Source: Patellaria atrata CBS 101060
Taxonomy: Eukaryota
Assembly (NCBI GenBank): GCA_010093705.1
Contig: MU006102.1
Coordinates: 190,123-254,122 of the forward strand
DNA length: 64,000 nucleotides
Direction: 5' to 3'
The notes under the pieces were generated by a model. It saw only the letters and a program-made list of their open reading frames with translations. It made no database searches and was not told the origin of the DNA. Shown piece after piece: positions 34,781 to 47,908 of this stretch. Within the stretch, counting starts at the first letter, position 1, and each line of letters begins with the position of its first letter. A program made the translations under genes and the position numbers.

Positions 34781-37700
34781 TTAGGAACATATCTCAGCGA
34801 ACTTCCACCCCCTAGTACTCTCCGGAAGTTTTAGATTTACAAACCACTCGCGGTCATAGTCCTTGCAGTCTTCCTGGGTCTGGCGAGCAATCCTTCTCTT
34901 AATTAGCATCAACCATAATCCATCCGGATCTCGTCTCTCTATAGCGTCTTGAAGATTTGGTCGCTCTTCTATAATAGGTTCCAATAATTCTACCACATCA
35001 TCAAAGGTCTCTTCGTTGACCTCCACATACTCTACCACCGCTATGCAGAGTCTAATGACGCTTTCAAAGATCATCTTCGTCGGCGTGTGGATGTACTGTC
35101 CTGAGAAGGAACCTACGGCCGTAGGTGTGGTTTTGGCGACACTGACTATTGGTCTAAGTTCGTGCAATTTGGTCGATACTGGCCGTTGGGACGAATGAGA
35201 GCTAATGAGCGTATTTTTAATAGCTCGCAGTCGGTAAAGACGTGATATATCTCCCCAGATATCTTCGATCCGACTGCGCATGAAGTTTCCTGCATGCTTG
35301 CACATAGCTGCCATAACATCTAACGACCCGGTGACAATGTAAGCTTCCGGATCATCCAACCGAGAGACTAAGACTGGCCATAATGTATTGATGAGCGGTA
35401 GGAATGAGTTTTCGTGGCGTGCGAGCACGGGAATTGTGGTCTCAAGAAGTGAAAATAATGATGTGCGTAAGGTTGGAGAAGATGATGGGAGATAGTGTTG
35501 AGTGAGTAGTGATATCTTCAGTAAGAGTTCGTAAGTTTTAGGGGCTGGAGGTTGTGGTTCTGCAGCATCCGTCGGCGGTACTTCATCTTCCTCCTTAGCT
35601 TGGTCGTTTTCATCACTTCCTTCTCCCGCCCTCAGCTCTTTCCATGGCCTTCGTGGGACGGCATCCTCCATAGACTGAAGGTCTAAAACGGTCTTATCCT
35701 CATCAGAGTATGCTCGCTTTTGATTCCGTTTGATCAATTCCACAAGGCCTGAGATGCTGGTAGACTGAACCTCGACGGGCTCTTGTGATTTTATATGACT
35801 ATCGGTAATTGCCAGATGTTCATTTTTTGCACCTTCCTCTGCTATTCCTCTCAATACAGAAAACAGTAACTCGACAAGCTTGGGGTAACCGTGGAAGTTC
35901 TCCAAAGCTGCGAATATACTACCAATGAGATCGTCTAGGTAGGGAAGTAAGTTTGGTCCTGATAACTTGATCATCATCAAGAGAACCTGTGGAGCTTGAG
36001 GAGATATATCAAAAGAATTGAGCTTCAATGCTACAGCGTTGACAAGATAGTCCGCATTAGCTATTATCATGTCGCTGGCTTTAATGTAGCCGCAAGCTGT
36101 AGACATAATGTCTAAACATGTCATCGCATGTTTGCGGAGTGCTTGATTGCTCGATCCTATTAAATGGACAACGGGGTAAAGAGCATCAACCAGTTCTCCT
36201 CGAAAATTTTCGCCATATTCTTGAGACTGAAGAGCCAAAACTTCTAGGGCAAGGGATTGAAGTCTCCAGTCACTCTCTTCAGATGATGTTGCATCTGTGA
36301 CTATACACAGAGAAAATGAATATAGTTCTTCTAACATATCGTTACGAGCGTTATTGTTAATTGGACCAAGATCTAGGAAATTCTCCATGCCAAAGTTCTG
36401 ATCGGAGGTGCGTTGCAGAAAATTTAAAACGAGCCAGAAGTTAGATAATAGAACGTCGCCCTCACTATAATGGACTGCGTCTAAGAGTTCTCTTGTGATT
36501 GCCGACGTCGGTCCATATTTATTAATCCGTTCAATTAGGCTTCCCAATTCCCTGATTGTCTCTCGTTGACTTCCGTGAGCCATCACGACTCTGTGGAAGT
36601 TGGTTTCAGACCCGTCGGATATCATTGAAGTAGAAAGCACTTGCTCAGATTCAGAAACATCCCTAACTTTGGAACTCTGTTTGATAGCGTTATAGACGCT
36701 ACTTCTAAGATTACCTGCCATGGTATGGTAAATGAGCGTCATATCAACGTCCTTTTCCGCTAATATTTCGTATGCTGAGGAGATCCGATGAATGCTCTTT
36801 GCTTTAGTGTCTTCATCGGTCGACTGCATAATGCGTGGTAGAGCGACGATCCAATCATGTAAGCTTGATTTGAGTAAGTCGGTAAGGTTACTACTTTTGC
36901 TCAGCAATCGCGTTACTGCTTCTCGAATCTCTCCATCTTCATCGGTTCCTGCTAAGGTTATGAGGGTATCAATCATGAGAGAAAAGGATTCTGACAATGA
37001 TGAAATACAATCTTTCAGAATGCTGATACAGACTTTTGAAAGAGATTTGCGAACTTCTAGGTTAGAATGATCGCGCAGGCGCATAACGTTCGCAAGAGCC
37101 ATACGAACTTGAGCAGCAGTAGCTCTAAGCCATGATGTTGTGCGCTCTACTCTCTCCATAGAACCCCCTTTTCTCTTTGAAGAAGTAGTAGGCAGATCTT
37201 TTGTGTGCTTATCGCTCAGGAGATTCTGAATAAGCGTATTAAAAAGATCTAAACAACCTGCTAAGAGCTTGGCTGTCCGCCGTATAGATTTAGGAGTCAA
37301 CACCTTAGTTAAGGCGGATATTATCCCAGGAAAAAAGCTTGCCAACGCGTCTCGTTCAGGGATAGCCTCAGTTAGGGAGTGAAGTGAGTGTAGAGCTGAT
37401 CTCTGAACAGCGTCAGAAGGACCATCAGTTATACCCTCAATCATAACGGTAACTATGCGACCTAATGTTGGAATGTTGTCTATGGTAATCAGTAAATTTC
37501 TACCCTGTGATGTCTGGCGAAGAGACTCCGAAAGAAAGCCTAGACACTGGAAAGCTGTATTTTGAAGCTCTTCGGATGTCTTTTCCGATTGGTTTCTTGG
37601 TGCAGAGCTATCGGAAAAGAAAGTCAGGAGGATCAATAGTTGTTGAGCAAGAGTAGGTTCTATATTCCTCTGCCATCCTGCCAGGAGTAAGATGGACAAG

Positions 37701-38023
37701 CATTCTAGTGACAGTTCTAAACCTCTTAGTGATAACTGCTGACTCTCCCTAAGGACATGTGAAATAGGGAAAAAGACGTAATTTGCTAACTTATCATCGA
37801 GTCCATTCGCATTGTTTGTTACAGAACGAAGAGCCGCGAGAAGCTCTTCCAAGGCATCTACGACATCCTGAACGTTGCCTCTTTTAGCGGCGAGACCAAA
37901 CGCTGCCTGACTTAGACGAACGCATTTTGGTTTGAGCTGTAGAATATTAGTAATGAGTTCTAGTATCAAGATATTTTATCAGGATTGACATACTAATTGA
38001 AATATGTTATTTTTAACCTCCAT
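34781..38023 (-). CDS. tti1: TEL2-interacting protein 1 (TTT complex, HEAT repeats)
   Basis: Exon 1 MEVKNNIFQL spliced to LKPKCVRLSQ; LANYVFFPI, ASFFPGIISAL, NADYLVNAVALKL, FLPLINTLWP motifs. Confidence 0.85.
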
Positions 38024-38250
38024 GGCTCGGTCATAATCTGCGAAGACTTGTAGATTGCTTGTCTATAGCCAAACACAGATATCCATAACGAACGATATTC
38101 CAAAAGAAAGATAATCAGATTTTCTTCAGTTATTCCTATCACATAGCTCTAGATGTGTGATTGTATCTCTGAGGAATGTGGATGGTGTTGAGGTTCGCCA
38201 GTATTGGATGACAAACGAAAAGTTCTCGGGAAATCTTGCCAAAGCGGAGG

Positions 38251-38475
38251 ACGCGACAAACGCGCCGGGTGCAGAGCTACTGTACCTTATGAGGAACTCA
38301 CATCATTCAATCTTCTAACAATTTCATTCACAAATCTTCACGCAGCCGAACCAGAGTGCGTACGCGACACACTCTTGTACTAACATCTTTTAAGTAAAGG
38401 CGATTGCCTGGACAACTCACCCCATCTCCATACGATCACACCAGCGCCAGTCCTAGAGGGGACTCTTCCCCGCGT
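38251..38475. promoter_or_regulatory. cluster of MCB-like ACGCG elements in the tti1/pds5 divergent promoter
   Basis: ACGCG at 38251, 38260, 38362 and CGCGT at 38471; cohesin genes are established MBF (G1/S) targets in yeasts. Confidence 0.55.
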
Positions 38476-38514
38476 CATACAGCTTACCACTCGACTCCAT
38501 TTGGTCGCGCGACA

Positions 38515-41500
38515 ATGCCCGGTACACGAAGTCGCCGCTCGAATGCTGCTGCACAGGTCATTCAACAGGATGATATGGAAGAGGAAGAACAGCGAACAAG
38601 CCTACAATTCCACGAGCCATTGACATGGCGCGCCGGCAAACCGATCCCACTGGGAGAGCTCTTACGACGACTCGAAACACTCTCTATTGAATTGCGCGAA
38701 CTGGAGCAAGAAGAGGCGGATCGCGAGTCACTTTTGCCGGTCGCAAAGCAATTAGCTAGCCAAAATCTTGTCCTTCACAAAGATCGCGGTGTGAGGGCAT
38801 GGACTGCATGTTGTGTGGTAGATATGTTCAGATTATGCGCTCCAGATGCGCCATATACCGCCAGCCAACTGACCGTGGGTGAATATCATGATCAAAATTC
38901 TGTCCAAACGACTGACTATCACACAGGATCTGTTCACACTATTTATTCAAACCATATTTCCTGCGTTATCTGACCCCTCTAACCCCTACAACGGACAACA
39001 TCAATATGTTCTGAAATCTCTTGCAGATGTTAAGAGTATTGTTCTGCTCACTGATCTTCCGTCGGCCAGTAACAAACTCATTCTTCAACTCTTTACAATG
39101 TGTTTCGACGTCCTTTCGGGCCCTTCGAAGGCAGTTTCTGGTGAAGAGTTGAGCAAAAATGTCGAACATCATATGACATCAGTACTGGCCACCTTGGTTG
39201 ACGAATGTCCCAATCTTCCCCCACAAGTGGTCGATATAATACTGGCACAGTTCCTACGTGCGGACCCAAGAGTTCTGTCCGCGGGAGGGACAAAAAGTAA
39301 GAAAGTTGACCAGCTGGAACAGAATCAGTCTACATTACTCTTAAAAGAAGCGCCACCAGCATATAATATGGCTAAGAACATCTGTAATTCCTGTTCTGAC
39401 AAGATGGGCAGACATATTAGCCAATATTTTAGCTCTGTCATCATGGACGCCTCGAGCTTTTCGGGCCCTAATAATCCCAAGTCTCGTACACACCGGAAAG
39501 GTAGTATTTCCGATGATTCAGAAGACGAGGGAGCACATGGCCCCTCTGAAGAAGACCTTCATGAAATAGAGAAAGCGCATAGGATGTTGAAAGAACTGTG
39601 GAGATCGTCACCTGCAGTGTTGCAGGAGATTATTCCACAGTTAGAAGCCGAGGTAAATGTCACAGATGTGAGGTTACGTTCCCTTGCAACGGAAACTCTC
39701 GGAGATATGATAGCTGGAATTGGCGCCGCGGGACCTCCACCTCCAGCAGTGTTAGATCCAGGAGCATTTCCATCACAGAGCTTATCGCCCCCATCTAGCG
39801 GGCTGAAAGTCTATAATTTCCTCACTACACCCACCTCCCCTCACTCATTTCCTACTCGACACGCAGAAGCTTACCACACCTTTCTACAACGGAGGAAAGA
39901 TAAATCTCCTGTCATACGCGCACTTTGGACGACGGCCATTGGCCGTATCCTGATGACTTCTGCAGGAGGAGTTGGATTGGATTCTGAAGAAGAACAAAAG
40001 CTTCTAAGATATTTTGCCGACACTCTGTTAGACAGTGACGAAAAGGTACGCCTTGCCGCTGTACAAGCAATAGAACGCTTTGAATTTCACGATATTGTTC
40101 AAAAGCTCGGTAGCATAGGTGGAGTCTCTGACACTGGATCCATCCTTAATAACCTTGCCGAACGGGTTAAGGATCGCAAACATAGTGTTCGAACCGAAGC
40201 AATCGAACTACTGGGCAAGGTATGGGGGGTGGGATATGGCGCTATCGCGGAAGAAAACGAGCGTATCACCAATCTTCTTGGAGCCGTTCCCTCAAAAATC
40301 TTAGAGACGTATTATATTAACGACAAAGAACTCATGGCTCTGGCAGATTATGTGCTCTTTGAATCGCTTCTACCCATGGCATATCCCCCAGTTAAGCCGA
40401 AAGCTCCCCAGACTACCAATGGGACGTCACAAAAGTCTAAAGGATATCAAAGCAAAGACGAAGGTGTCTATTCTGAGTCGGACATTGACAAGATTAGAGC
40501 AAACCGTGTCCTCATTATAATCCGGGATCTCGAAAGCAAAGCTAGGACCGTCTTACTTGCACAAAAAGGCAAGAATCAGGTCATGCAAGCCAAATTCACA
40601 GAAGCTTATTTAAAGAAATGTGAAGAATACAATGGAGGAGTGATGGACAAAGGAGAGAAAGAAATCAAAGCTCAGCTTGGGAAATTGATAGAACTGTTAT
40701 CAAAGTCTCTACCTGACCCGTCCAAAGCATCCGACGACCTATGGAAATTTGCCAAGGGGCATGACCGGCGAAGTTACCAGCTCATCCGATTTGCTATGGC
40801 TACAGATAGTGATCATCGGAAAGTTCACAGGGCGGTTCGTGAGGTGTTCAACAAGCTTCAGGACGATAGTAAAATGCAAGTTCTGGACACATTACGTCCC
40901 CTCATCTACCGATCAAGTGTCGTCCTGTATAACAAGAGTCTGGTACCTGCTATTATCGAGTATTCCCGCACAGATGAAGGTGGACTTGGTACTGTTGCTC
41001 ATGAGGTTTTAAAGGAGATCTCAGCTCATAATCCGGAAGTTTTCAAAGCACATATTAATGAGTTGGCCCGGGCAATAGAAAAAGATGCACCGACCGCTAA
41101 AAAGATGAATAGTGCAAACGCCGTAGATGATCTTAAGGCTTGTGCAGGATTTGCGCGGGCTTTTCCAAAAGACGTCCCAAAGGATCGTCAGTTTACTCAG
41201 TCTATGATTAACTTTGCATTGTATGGGACTCCACCTAAAGCTGCAAAATATGCCATTTCGGTTCTTATGGCAATTACAGATAAGAAAGAGCTTCATTCTC
41301 AAAGGATATTTAGGGAATGCACAAATGATTTCTCCTATGGTTCGGACTTCTACCTAACCAAGCTGGCATCCCTGAGCCAATTAATGCTTTTATGCGCAGG
41401 GGAACTTGAGGGGGAAGTAGAGGCAGCGTTCGGAATTGCGATCAACGAAGTCCTACTTCATAACCCGGATCCTGTAGACGGGCCCAATCCAGTCTGGACT

Positions 41501-42958
41501 GATGAGCTTGACCCACATTGTGAGGCGAAAACCTGGGCTTTGAAAATGTTGGTGAACCGTCTACGCGCATACGGCAATATTGAGATGATCAAAGAGGTAG
41601 CTGAACCCGTATATAAGCTTCTCAATAAATTAATTGCGAAGAAAGGAGTTCTGACCGAGAAGGTGGACTTGCCAGAAGCTCAGAAGTCTAAGATGAGGTT
41701 ACAAGCTTATCTACTTCATCTGAAACTCTGCTCCAACAAGCGGTTTGACCCTTTGCTATCGCATCAAGCGTTTAACAGACTGGCAACTGCTGCAGTCCAC
41801 GATCCTGTTGAAGTGGTACGGCAAACCTTTATCAACAAGCTAATGAAGTATCTAGGTCAGAACAAGTTGCCTATACGATTCTATAGCATTATCTTTATGA
41901 TGGCGTTTGAACCAGATCCTCGTCTCAAAAATAGTGTGACAACTTGGATCAAAGCACGAGCGGCGGCATTCGCGCAAAAGAAAGATACTTCTATGGAAAC
42001 AATCTTTGCTCGTTTTCTAAGTGTCCTGGCTCATCATCCAGACTTTGATCTAGAGCCTGAAAACCTACAAGACTTTGCCCAATACATCATTTTCTACCTG
42101 AAGAGCATTGCGAAGGAGGAGAATATGCCCCTAATACTTCATGTTGCACAGCGCGTAAAGGGTGTGCGAGATGGTATCGACCCGCAAAAAAGCGAAAATC
42201 TTTATGCTCTATCGGATCTCGCGCAAGGAGTAATACGAAGATACGAGGAGATTCATGGCTGGTCAATTCAAATATGGCCTGGCAAGATTCGTTTGCCGGC
42301 TGGCATCTTCGCTACGCTTCCGAGTCACGACGCTGCGCAAGCGATAGCTGACAAGCAATATTTGCCCGAAGAATTCGTCGAGCAGTTAGATGACTTGGTA
42401 AAATCTAGCCTTAGATTCAAGAAACGAAAGTCGGACGTACTTGGAAACAACAGAGCAGCGAAACGCGTGAAACCCATCGGGCCAGCTTCTTTAAAAATGA
42501 AAAGTTTACCGATCCGCAAGCCCTCGAAATCCGCACGGACACCGAAAGCCAAGAGGATACGTGAGGAAGAGGCTCCATCAAGCGATCGTAGACGTAGTGG
42601 GAGACATGCAGTTCAAAAGAGCTATGCTGAACAGAGCGACACCGAAGATGATGGGGAGATGGAGATGTCGAACGAAGGTGCTAATCAAAAGGAAGATGAG
42701 CCTTCCGAGCAGAGTGAAGCGGAGGGGGATGAACCTTCCGAGCAAAGTGAAGCGGAAGACGAAGCAGGAGAGGAAGTGGAAGAGGAACCGGAACCGGAAG
42801 AGCGAAAGCGTCCTCGGAGCACCAGAAAGAGTAATGGCGTTCAAAAATCAAATGGCCTCGCGAGAAACAAAAAGAGAGAGCGCGAAATCGTACCAATCTC
42901 TTCCGACCACTCTTCTGATGAAGAGTTGTCTGACCCACCCGGTTCCGATGGAGAATGA
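38515..42958 (+). CDS. pds5: sister chromatid cohesion protein Pds5 (BimD/Spo76)
   Basis: LVLHKDRGVRAWTACCVVDMFRLCAPDAPYT; YVLKSLADVKS; LAHHPDF; intron 38875-38926; acidic/basic C-terminal tail. Confidence 0.95.
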
Positions 42959-43730
42959 GCTTACGCTTATCAGTTTGTTGTGTGCAAAGTGTACCTCTTG
43001 GTGCATGGAAAACGTGTTGAGCAGTTCCAGCGGTTTACGACTGTGACTCATTCATTGAGCTCTGTTATGAAATTTTCATATCATACCCATGGTTCTCCCA
43101 CACTATGCTGTCCTCTTTTCTTATCTCCATACGGAATTGGGCGTGAAACATGGAATATAGGTGCTTTGTTTCAGGAGTACCTTGGTCGGGGTTAGGTAAA
43201 CTAGGCAATGTGGATAGCATAGAGCAGTTTCCGTATGTATTGTACATGACACACAGAGGATAATGTAATGATACTTGGTTGATGATATGAAAATCTTACC
43301 ATAGTTTAACTGAAATCTCTTCATTGGAACAAGCAATCCAGCAGAAATTTATCAGCGAAGCATAGTTGGTGTGTGGCGGAGCAGTCTAAATCCTAATATT
43401 ATCTGCGAAGAATTTAGAGATTTGTGGTTCTGGGGGGTTCACCCACGAGGTTGAGACAAGAAGCTGAATAAGCAGATTGGAACTACCGTGTACCTTAGCG
43501 TTGCGGCTCTGCCTTATAAGGCACCTCCCCCTTCGTACATTTCAATTTCCTCTTCAGACATTTTTGCTTTTACTTCGCGCACACAGTAGGTACAAACTCT
43601 TTCATCAGAACATTTTCATCCACTCTCAAACATATATATACTACGCCTGCGGGTATCATAATTTGACTATCCTCATCCACTCGCAAACGCACATCTACAT
43701 ACGGATATCATCATTTGACACCCATTCACA

Positions 43731-45002
43731 ATGTCTGTTCCCCAGATACCAGGAGTACGCATTCCCAGCCGCCTTGAGCAAACAATCAGGCAAGAAGTTG
43801 CAAGCCTTTTGGGTAGAACGTCGACAAACTTTCCCGGTGCGCAACCTGTCAGCTTTGCTAGACATCATTTGAAAGAGATTGCCAAAAAGGACTATTACCT
43901 CTGTGAAAAGACAGACGGAATTCGCTGTCTTTTGTATTGCACGCAAGATGAGAATGGTGCTGAGGTGCATTACTTCATCAACCGAAAGAACGAATACTAC
44001 CAAGTCAGAGGAATTCACTTTCCGCATGAAGGGGATCCAAATTTCCAGAGGTTTCATATTGCTACAATCCTGGATGGAGAACTAGTTAACGACAGATATC
44101 CGGATGGATCTGTCCAGCTACGATTTTACGTGTTCGATTGTCTAGTGATCGACGGTAAATCATTGACGTCGAGAATATTGGATATCCGGTTGGGATATTT
44201 CCATGCAAATATATGGGTACCATATCGCAAGATGTACGAAGTTTTTCCACAAGAGAAAGAATTCAGGATGATGGAATTAGTACTTAAGGACCTCGGCAAA
44301 CCATATGGAATTACGGAAGCCTTCAACAAAATCAAAGATCTAAAGCATGGGAACGATGGTCTCGTATTTACCTGCAAAAGTACACCGTATATTTTCGGAA
44401 CGGATGAGAATATACTGAAATGGAAGCCACCCCAAGAGAACACAGTAGACTTTGTTCTCAAGGTCGGACCTTTTCCACTATTCTACTCAGAGACGTCAGA
44501 TCCGCCCGGAATGATTCCCGATTATGATGATATTCCATTACTCGAACTTTGTGTGAACTACGGAAATAGAGACTTACGCAATTATACGGAATTATACGTC
44601 ACGTGGCAAGAATGGGAGGTGATGAAATCTCTCAACGAGATTCTTGATGACCGAATAATAGAATGTTATAGAGATATGGAAGGAAGATGGCGCTATAAGG
44701 CAGAGGAAGACAGGAGGCCCCGTTTCCGGGACGATAAATCCGATGCGAATCATATTAGCACGGTTATTAAGGTCATTGAAAGTATAAATGATGGCGTTTC
44801 CACGGAAGACCTGCTTGCCGCTGAATTCGATATAAAGAAAGGATGGAAATTGCGTCACCCCGAGGAAGACCGGAAGCAAACCATAGTGGCAGCTCCCGCT
44901 CCTGCGCCGGAAGAGGAGCGGAGAAAGAGAGCAGCAACTGGGCCTCCCCCTTCAGTCCAGAGCCCTGACGAGAAGAAGGTTAAAACGCAGTCAGCCTTTT
45001 GA
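43731..45002 (+). CDS. ceg1: mRNA capping enzyme guanylyltransferase subunit; intronless coding region
   Basis: FPGAQPVSF, catalytic KTDG, LDGEL, FDCL, DGLVF, LKWKP, RDDK..ANH motifs. Confidence 0.96.
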   Translation: MSVPQIPGVRIPSRLEQTIRQEVASLLGRTSTNFPGAQPVSFARHHLKEIAKKDYYLCEKTDGIRCLLYCTQDENGAEVHYFINRKNEYYQVRGIHFPHEGDPNFQRFHIATILDGELVNDRYPDGSVQLRFYVFDCLVIDGKSLTSRILDIRLGYFHANIWVPYRKMYEVFPQEKEFRMMELVLKDLGKPYGITEAFNKIKDLKHGNDGLVFTCKSTPYIFGTDENILKWKPPQENTVDFVLKVGPFPLFYSETSDPPGMIPDYDDIPLLELCVNYGNRDLRNYTELYVTWQEWEVMKSLNEILDDRIIECYRDMEGRWRYKAEEDRRPRFRDDKSDANHISTVIKVIESINDGVSTEDLLAAEFDIKKGWKLRHPEEDRKQTIVAAPAPAPEEERRKRAATGPPPSVQSPDEKKVKTQSAF

Positions 45003-46388
45003 GCTTACCTCATTTCCCTTAGACTAGTGATACTAGAACAGATGGAGTTTTATTTTGTGTTGAGCTGGTGCTGTACCGGGAGGCACTTTGAGTTCTGAGT
45101 GTTTTTTCTAGTGTTTTTTCTATGGGTTTCTGATTGAATTTTTGAGTTATTGAGTTTCGAGTTTCGGGCTGGGTCATGTTTTGGAGCGCTTTTGGGAAAT
45201 TTTTATTAACTAGATACCCACGACGAGACTTGCGTCTTACTGTCGTCCCTTAGTTTTCGTATTAAAGGATTTCACCGTTCTATCAATTGTGAACAATTCA
45301 AATATACTGGTGCATCTCCCTCTACACTTGATCCCTCATTACCATCTTTACACCTCTGTGCAGATATTCACACAGCATTCCGCCCGTCACCCATTGCTCT
45401 CTGTACACGGAGCCCTAAAATTAGGTTGCAGCCGTTTTGTTTTAAGTACCCTTTCATTAGATGTATAGTTCATATGTTCCTTCCTGGTCAAGATTCGATT
45501 TTGCAGTGTCCTTGCTGGAGGACTATGATTATCCCTTCAACTTTTGTATAAGTAAGGTAAATGCTAAGGGCTCAGTGACAAAAGCACCTTACTTTACTGA
45601 TAGGATTGGGCATTTGAAGAAAGTCGACTCGCTGCCAGTGGCTTTTTCCGTGATATCATGCTACACTGCTTCCCGCTCTCAACAAAACCTCGCTCCCCCC
45701 TCCCATTCATTTTACTTTTACCATAATCTTGATGTACATGCACCTCACTTCTATTTTCAACTCTTCTTCTATTTTTACATGATGACCAGAGCTGCACATC
45801 AGCTAGCCACAATATTCTGTGAGTAACATCTTGAGTCTACAGATACATGTGATCCATGGTATGGAGAGATATATTAGGTTTTGCCAGCAGGTTTATCACT
45901 CACAGCTCCCATGGACTATATCACAGATGGAACACTGCAGTATTCGTTACTTGTTAACCTTTGGTAGTACTTCCATTCCAAACATACATTCAACTTCCAG
46001 GCTTCTCACTCATTATCGGGGAACCTCAGGTTGTTGTTCTCACCCCAACCCTCAGCAATCACATTCATTCGCAATGTCAGTCCTAATCCCATCTCGGATG
46101 AAGTATGCACTCGGACCAGAAGTAGGATCAAGCAAGGGAAGCATGAGAAACGAACCGTACAAATACTCCCATCACGATTCTTAGATGCTGGAGACACAGA
46201 TATTCAGCTTTACAATAAGGTGGAACAACTTTTAGAATGGCTGCCGAATGTCAAGACCCTAGGCATTGGCCTCGAGTAATGGGAGCTAATTCCAATTAAC
46301 TCTCCAAGGTCGACGAGAAGCGAAGGTTCAATATTGATCGATTCTTCGTGTATCTCTCACCCGCTTCATCGCCTTGGTCGCCAAATGT

Positions 46389-46864
46389 GCCGATGGATCC
46401 GTTCCTTGACAATTCTCCGTGTTCGATTACCTTATGATAGATGGGAAGTTACTCGAGCTCTGCGTAAATCACGGAGTTGCACGTGACATGGGAGCAATGC
46501 GAGGTGATGAAGCCATCTACAAGCCGTCTTTCAAAAGGTCGGAGTTGGAAGAATTTCCCCAACAGACGATCGAGCTTGTCCCACAAATATCCCGGTAACC
46601 TCTTCGGCATAACCGAGGCTTTCGATAAGATTCAAGTCTTCAGCGTGTTGATGATGACTTCAACTTTATGGCAGAATCATCGACTGTTACAGAGATGTTG
46701 AAGAGCGATGGAGATTCAAAGCCGAAGACGACGGGATGTCCAGATTTCGAAACGATAAGTCGGATAGAAATCATATCAGCACCGTCATAAAAGTCACTGA
46801 AAGCATCAACGATGGCGTCTCCACAGAAGACCTTCACGCTGCTGAATTCGAGATCAAGAAAGGA
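46389..46864 (+). pseudogene. fragmented, reordered ceg1 paralog relic
   Basis: 46670-46864 aligns ungapped to ceg1 44649-44843 (51/65 aa identical by hand count); four shorter blocks match about 44099, 44537, 44595 and 44294; no N-terminus or KTDG motif. Confidence 0.88.
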
Positions 46865-47908
46865 CCTTCGGCAGAAGATCCCCAACCACTTCATGCTTTT
46901 ACTCTGGCAGATTGTTGCGAACATCATGTACCGGTCCCAGGAATATCCAGACACAATCGAAGCAAGACGTAATGTAGTCCACGTCAAGATCCGGAGGTCG
47001 TGCGACTTATACCGTCCATAAACAGCATCAGTAACCTCGCAACCCGCCATCCCGAAACGTTACTCCAATATCCTCTACCATCGACTTTTTTCACCCAGTG
47101 TACGATCATTCAGGGCATTCTTCATGTTATCTTGGATCTTCTCACTCACGACGTGGATCTGATCGTTCAACTGGCTCATAAGCAGATTCAGAATATGGAT
47201 GAAGACTCACGCACCGAGGGCCGCTCGAACGATGAAGTTGGAGTAGTATTTCCTATTAGCCAATGCCCTGTATGGAAGAGCTGATAGACAGATTGGAACC
47301 ATACTGATCGAATACGTTAATGGCGTGTCGTTATCGACTTCCTAGTATGTGGGACATCAACGGTATAATGGAGGCTTCAAGGTACGTCCGTGTATGCGCG
47401 AGTGTATGAGGTCTATTATCATTATTGTGTTTATACAGGCGTTAGCGGATATAGGTCCTTTGTTGTATAACTCTTGTGTAGTTCTACATCTAGATTTAAC
47501 GTATTTGTACATGTATCAACGCCGACCAAAACCCTTCGCCATGATTAACATATATGCGTGTGAACTTGACTTTAGATGCTACCTCTTTATTTCGTCCCAA
47601 CCCTTATGTACCGGTTAAGGCGATATAGTACGTGAAGTTTGATGCTTCCCAAAGAACTTTCGGAGAAGACAAAGTGTTGCGTTGAAAGAGAGATCTTTTC
47701 GTTTAGAATTAGTCATAGAATGGTTCCTATAAGACAGCATTTGATTCAATTATTTGATAATTATCTCAGTTGGAATTCGTTGTGAGCGAATACATGGAGA
47801 AGTATGATCGTCAACGTCATGAGAAAGCTCGAAACACGACTTCACACTCTCACAACGCCAGAACTTCATCTCCAGTGCAACCTCCCATCTCTTTTCAACA
47901 CAACAACA

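Noticed and set aside
45085..45170. TTGAGT / GTGTTTTTTCTA repeats after ceg1
   Set aside because: Consistent with ordinary GU-rich 3'UTR/terminator low-complexity sequence
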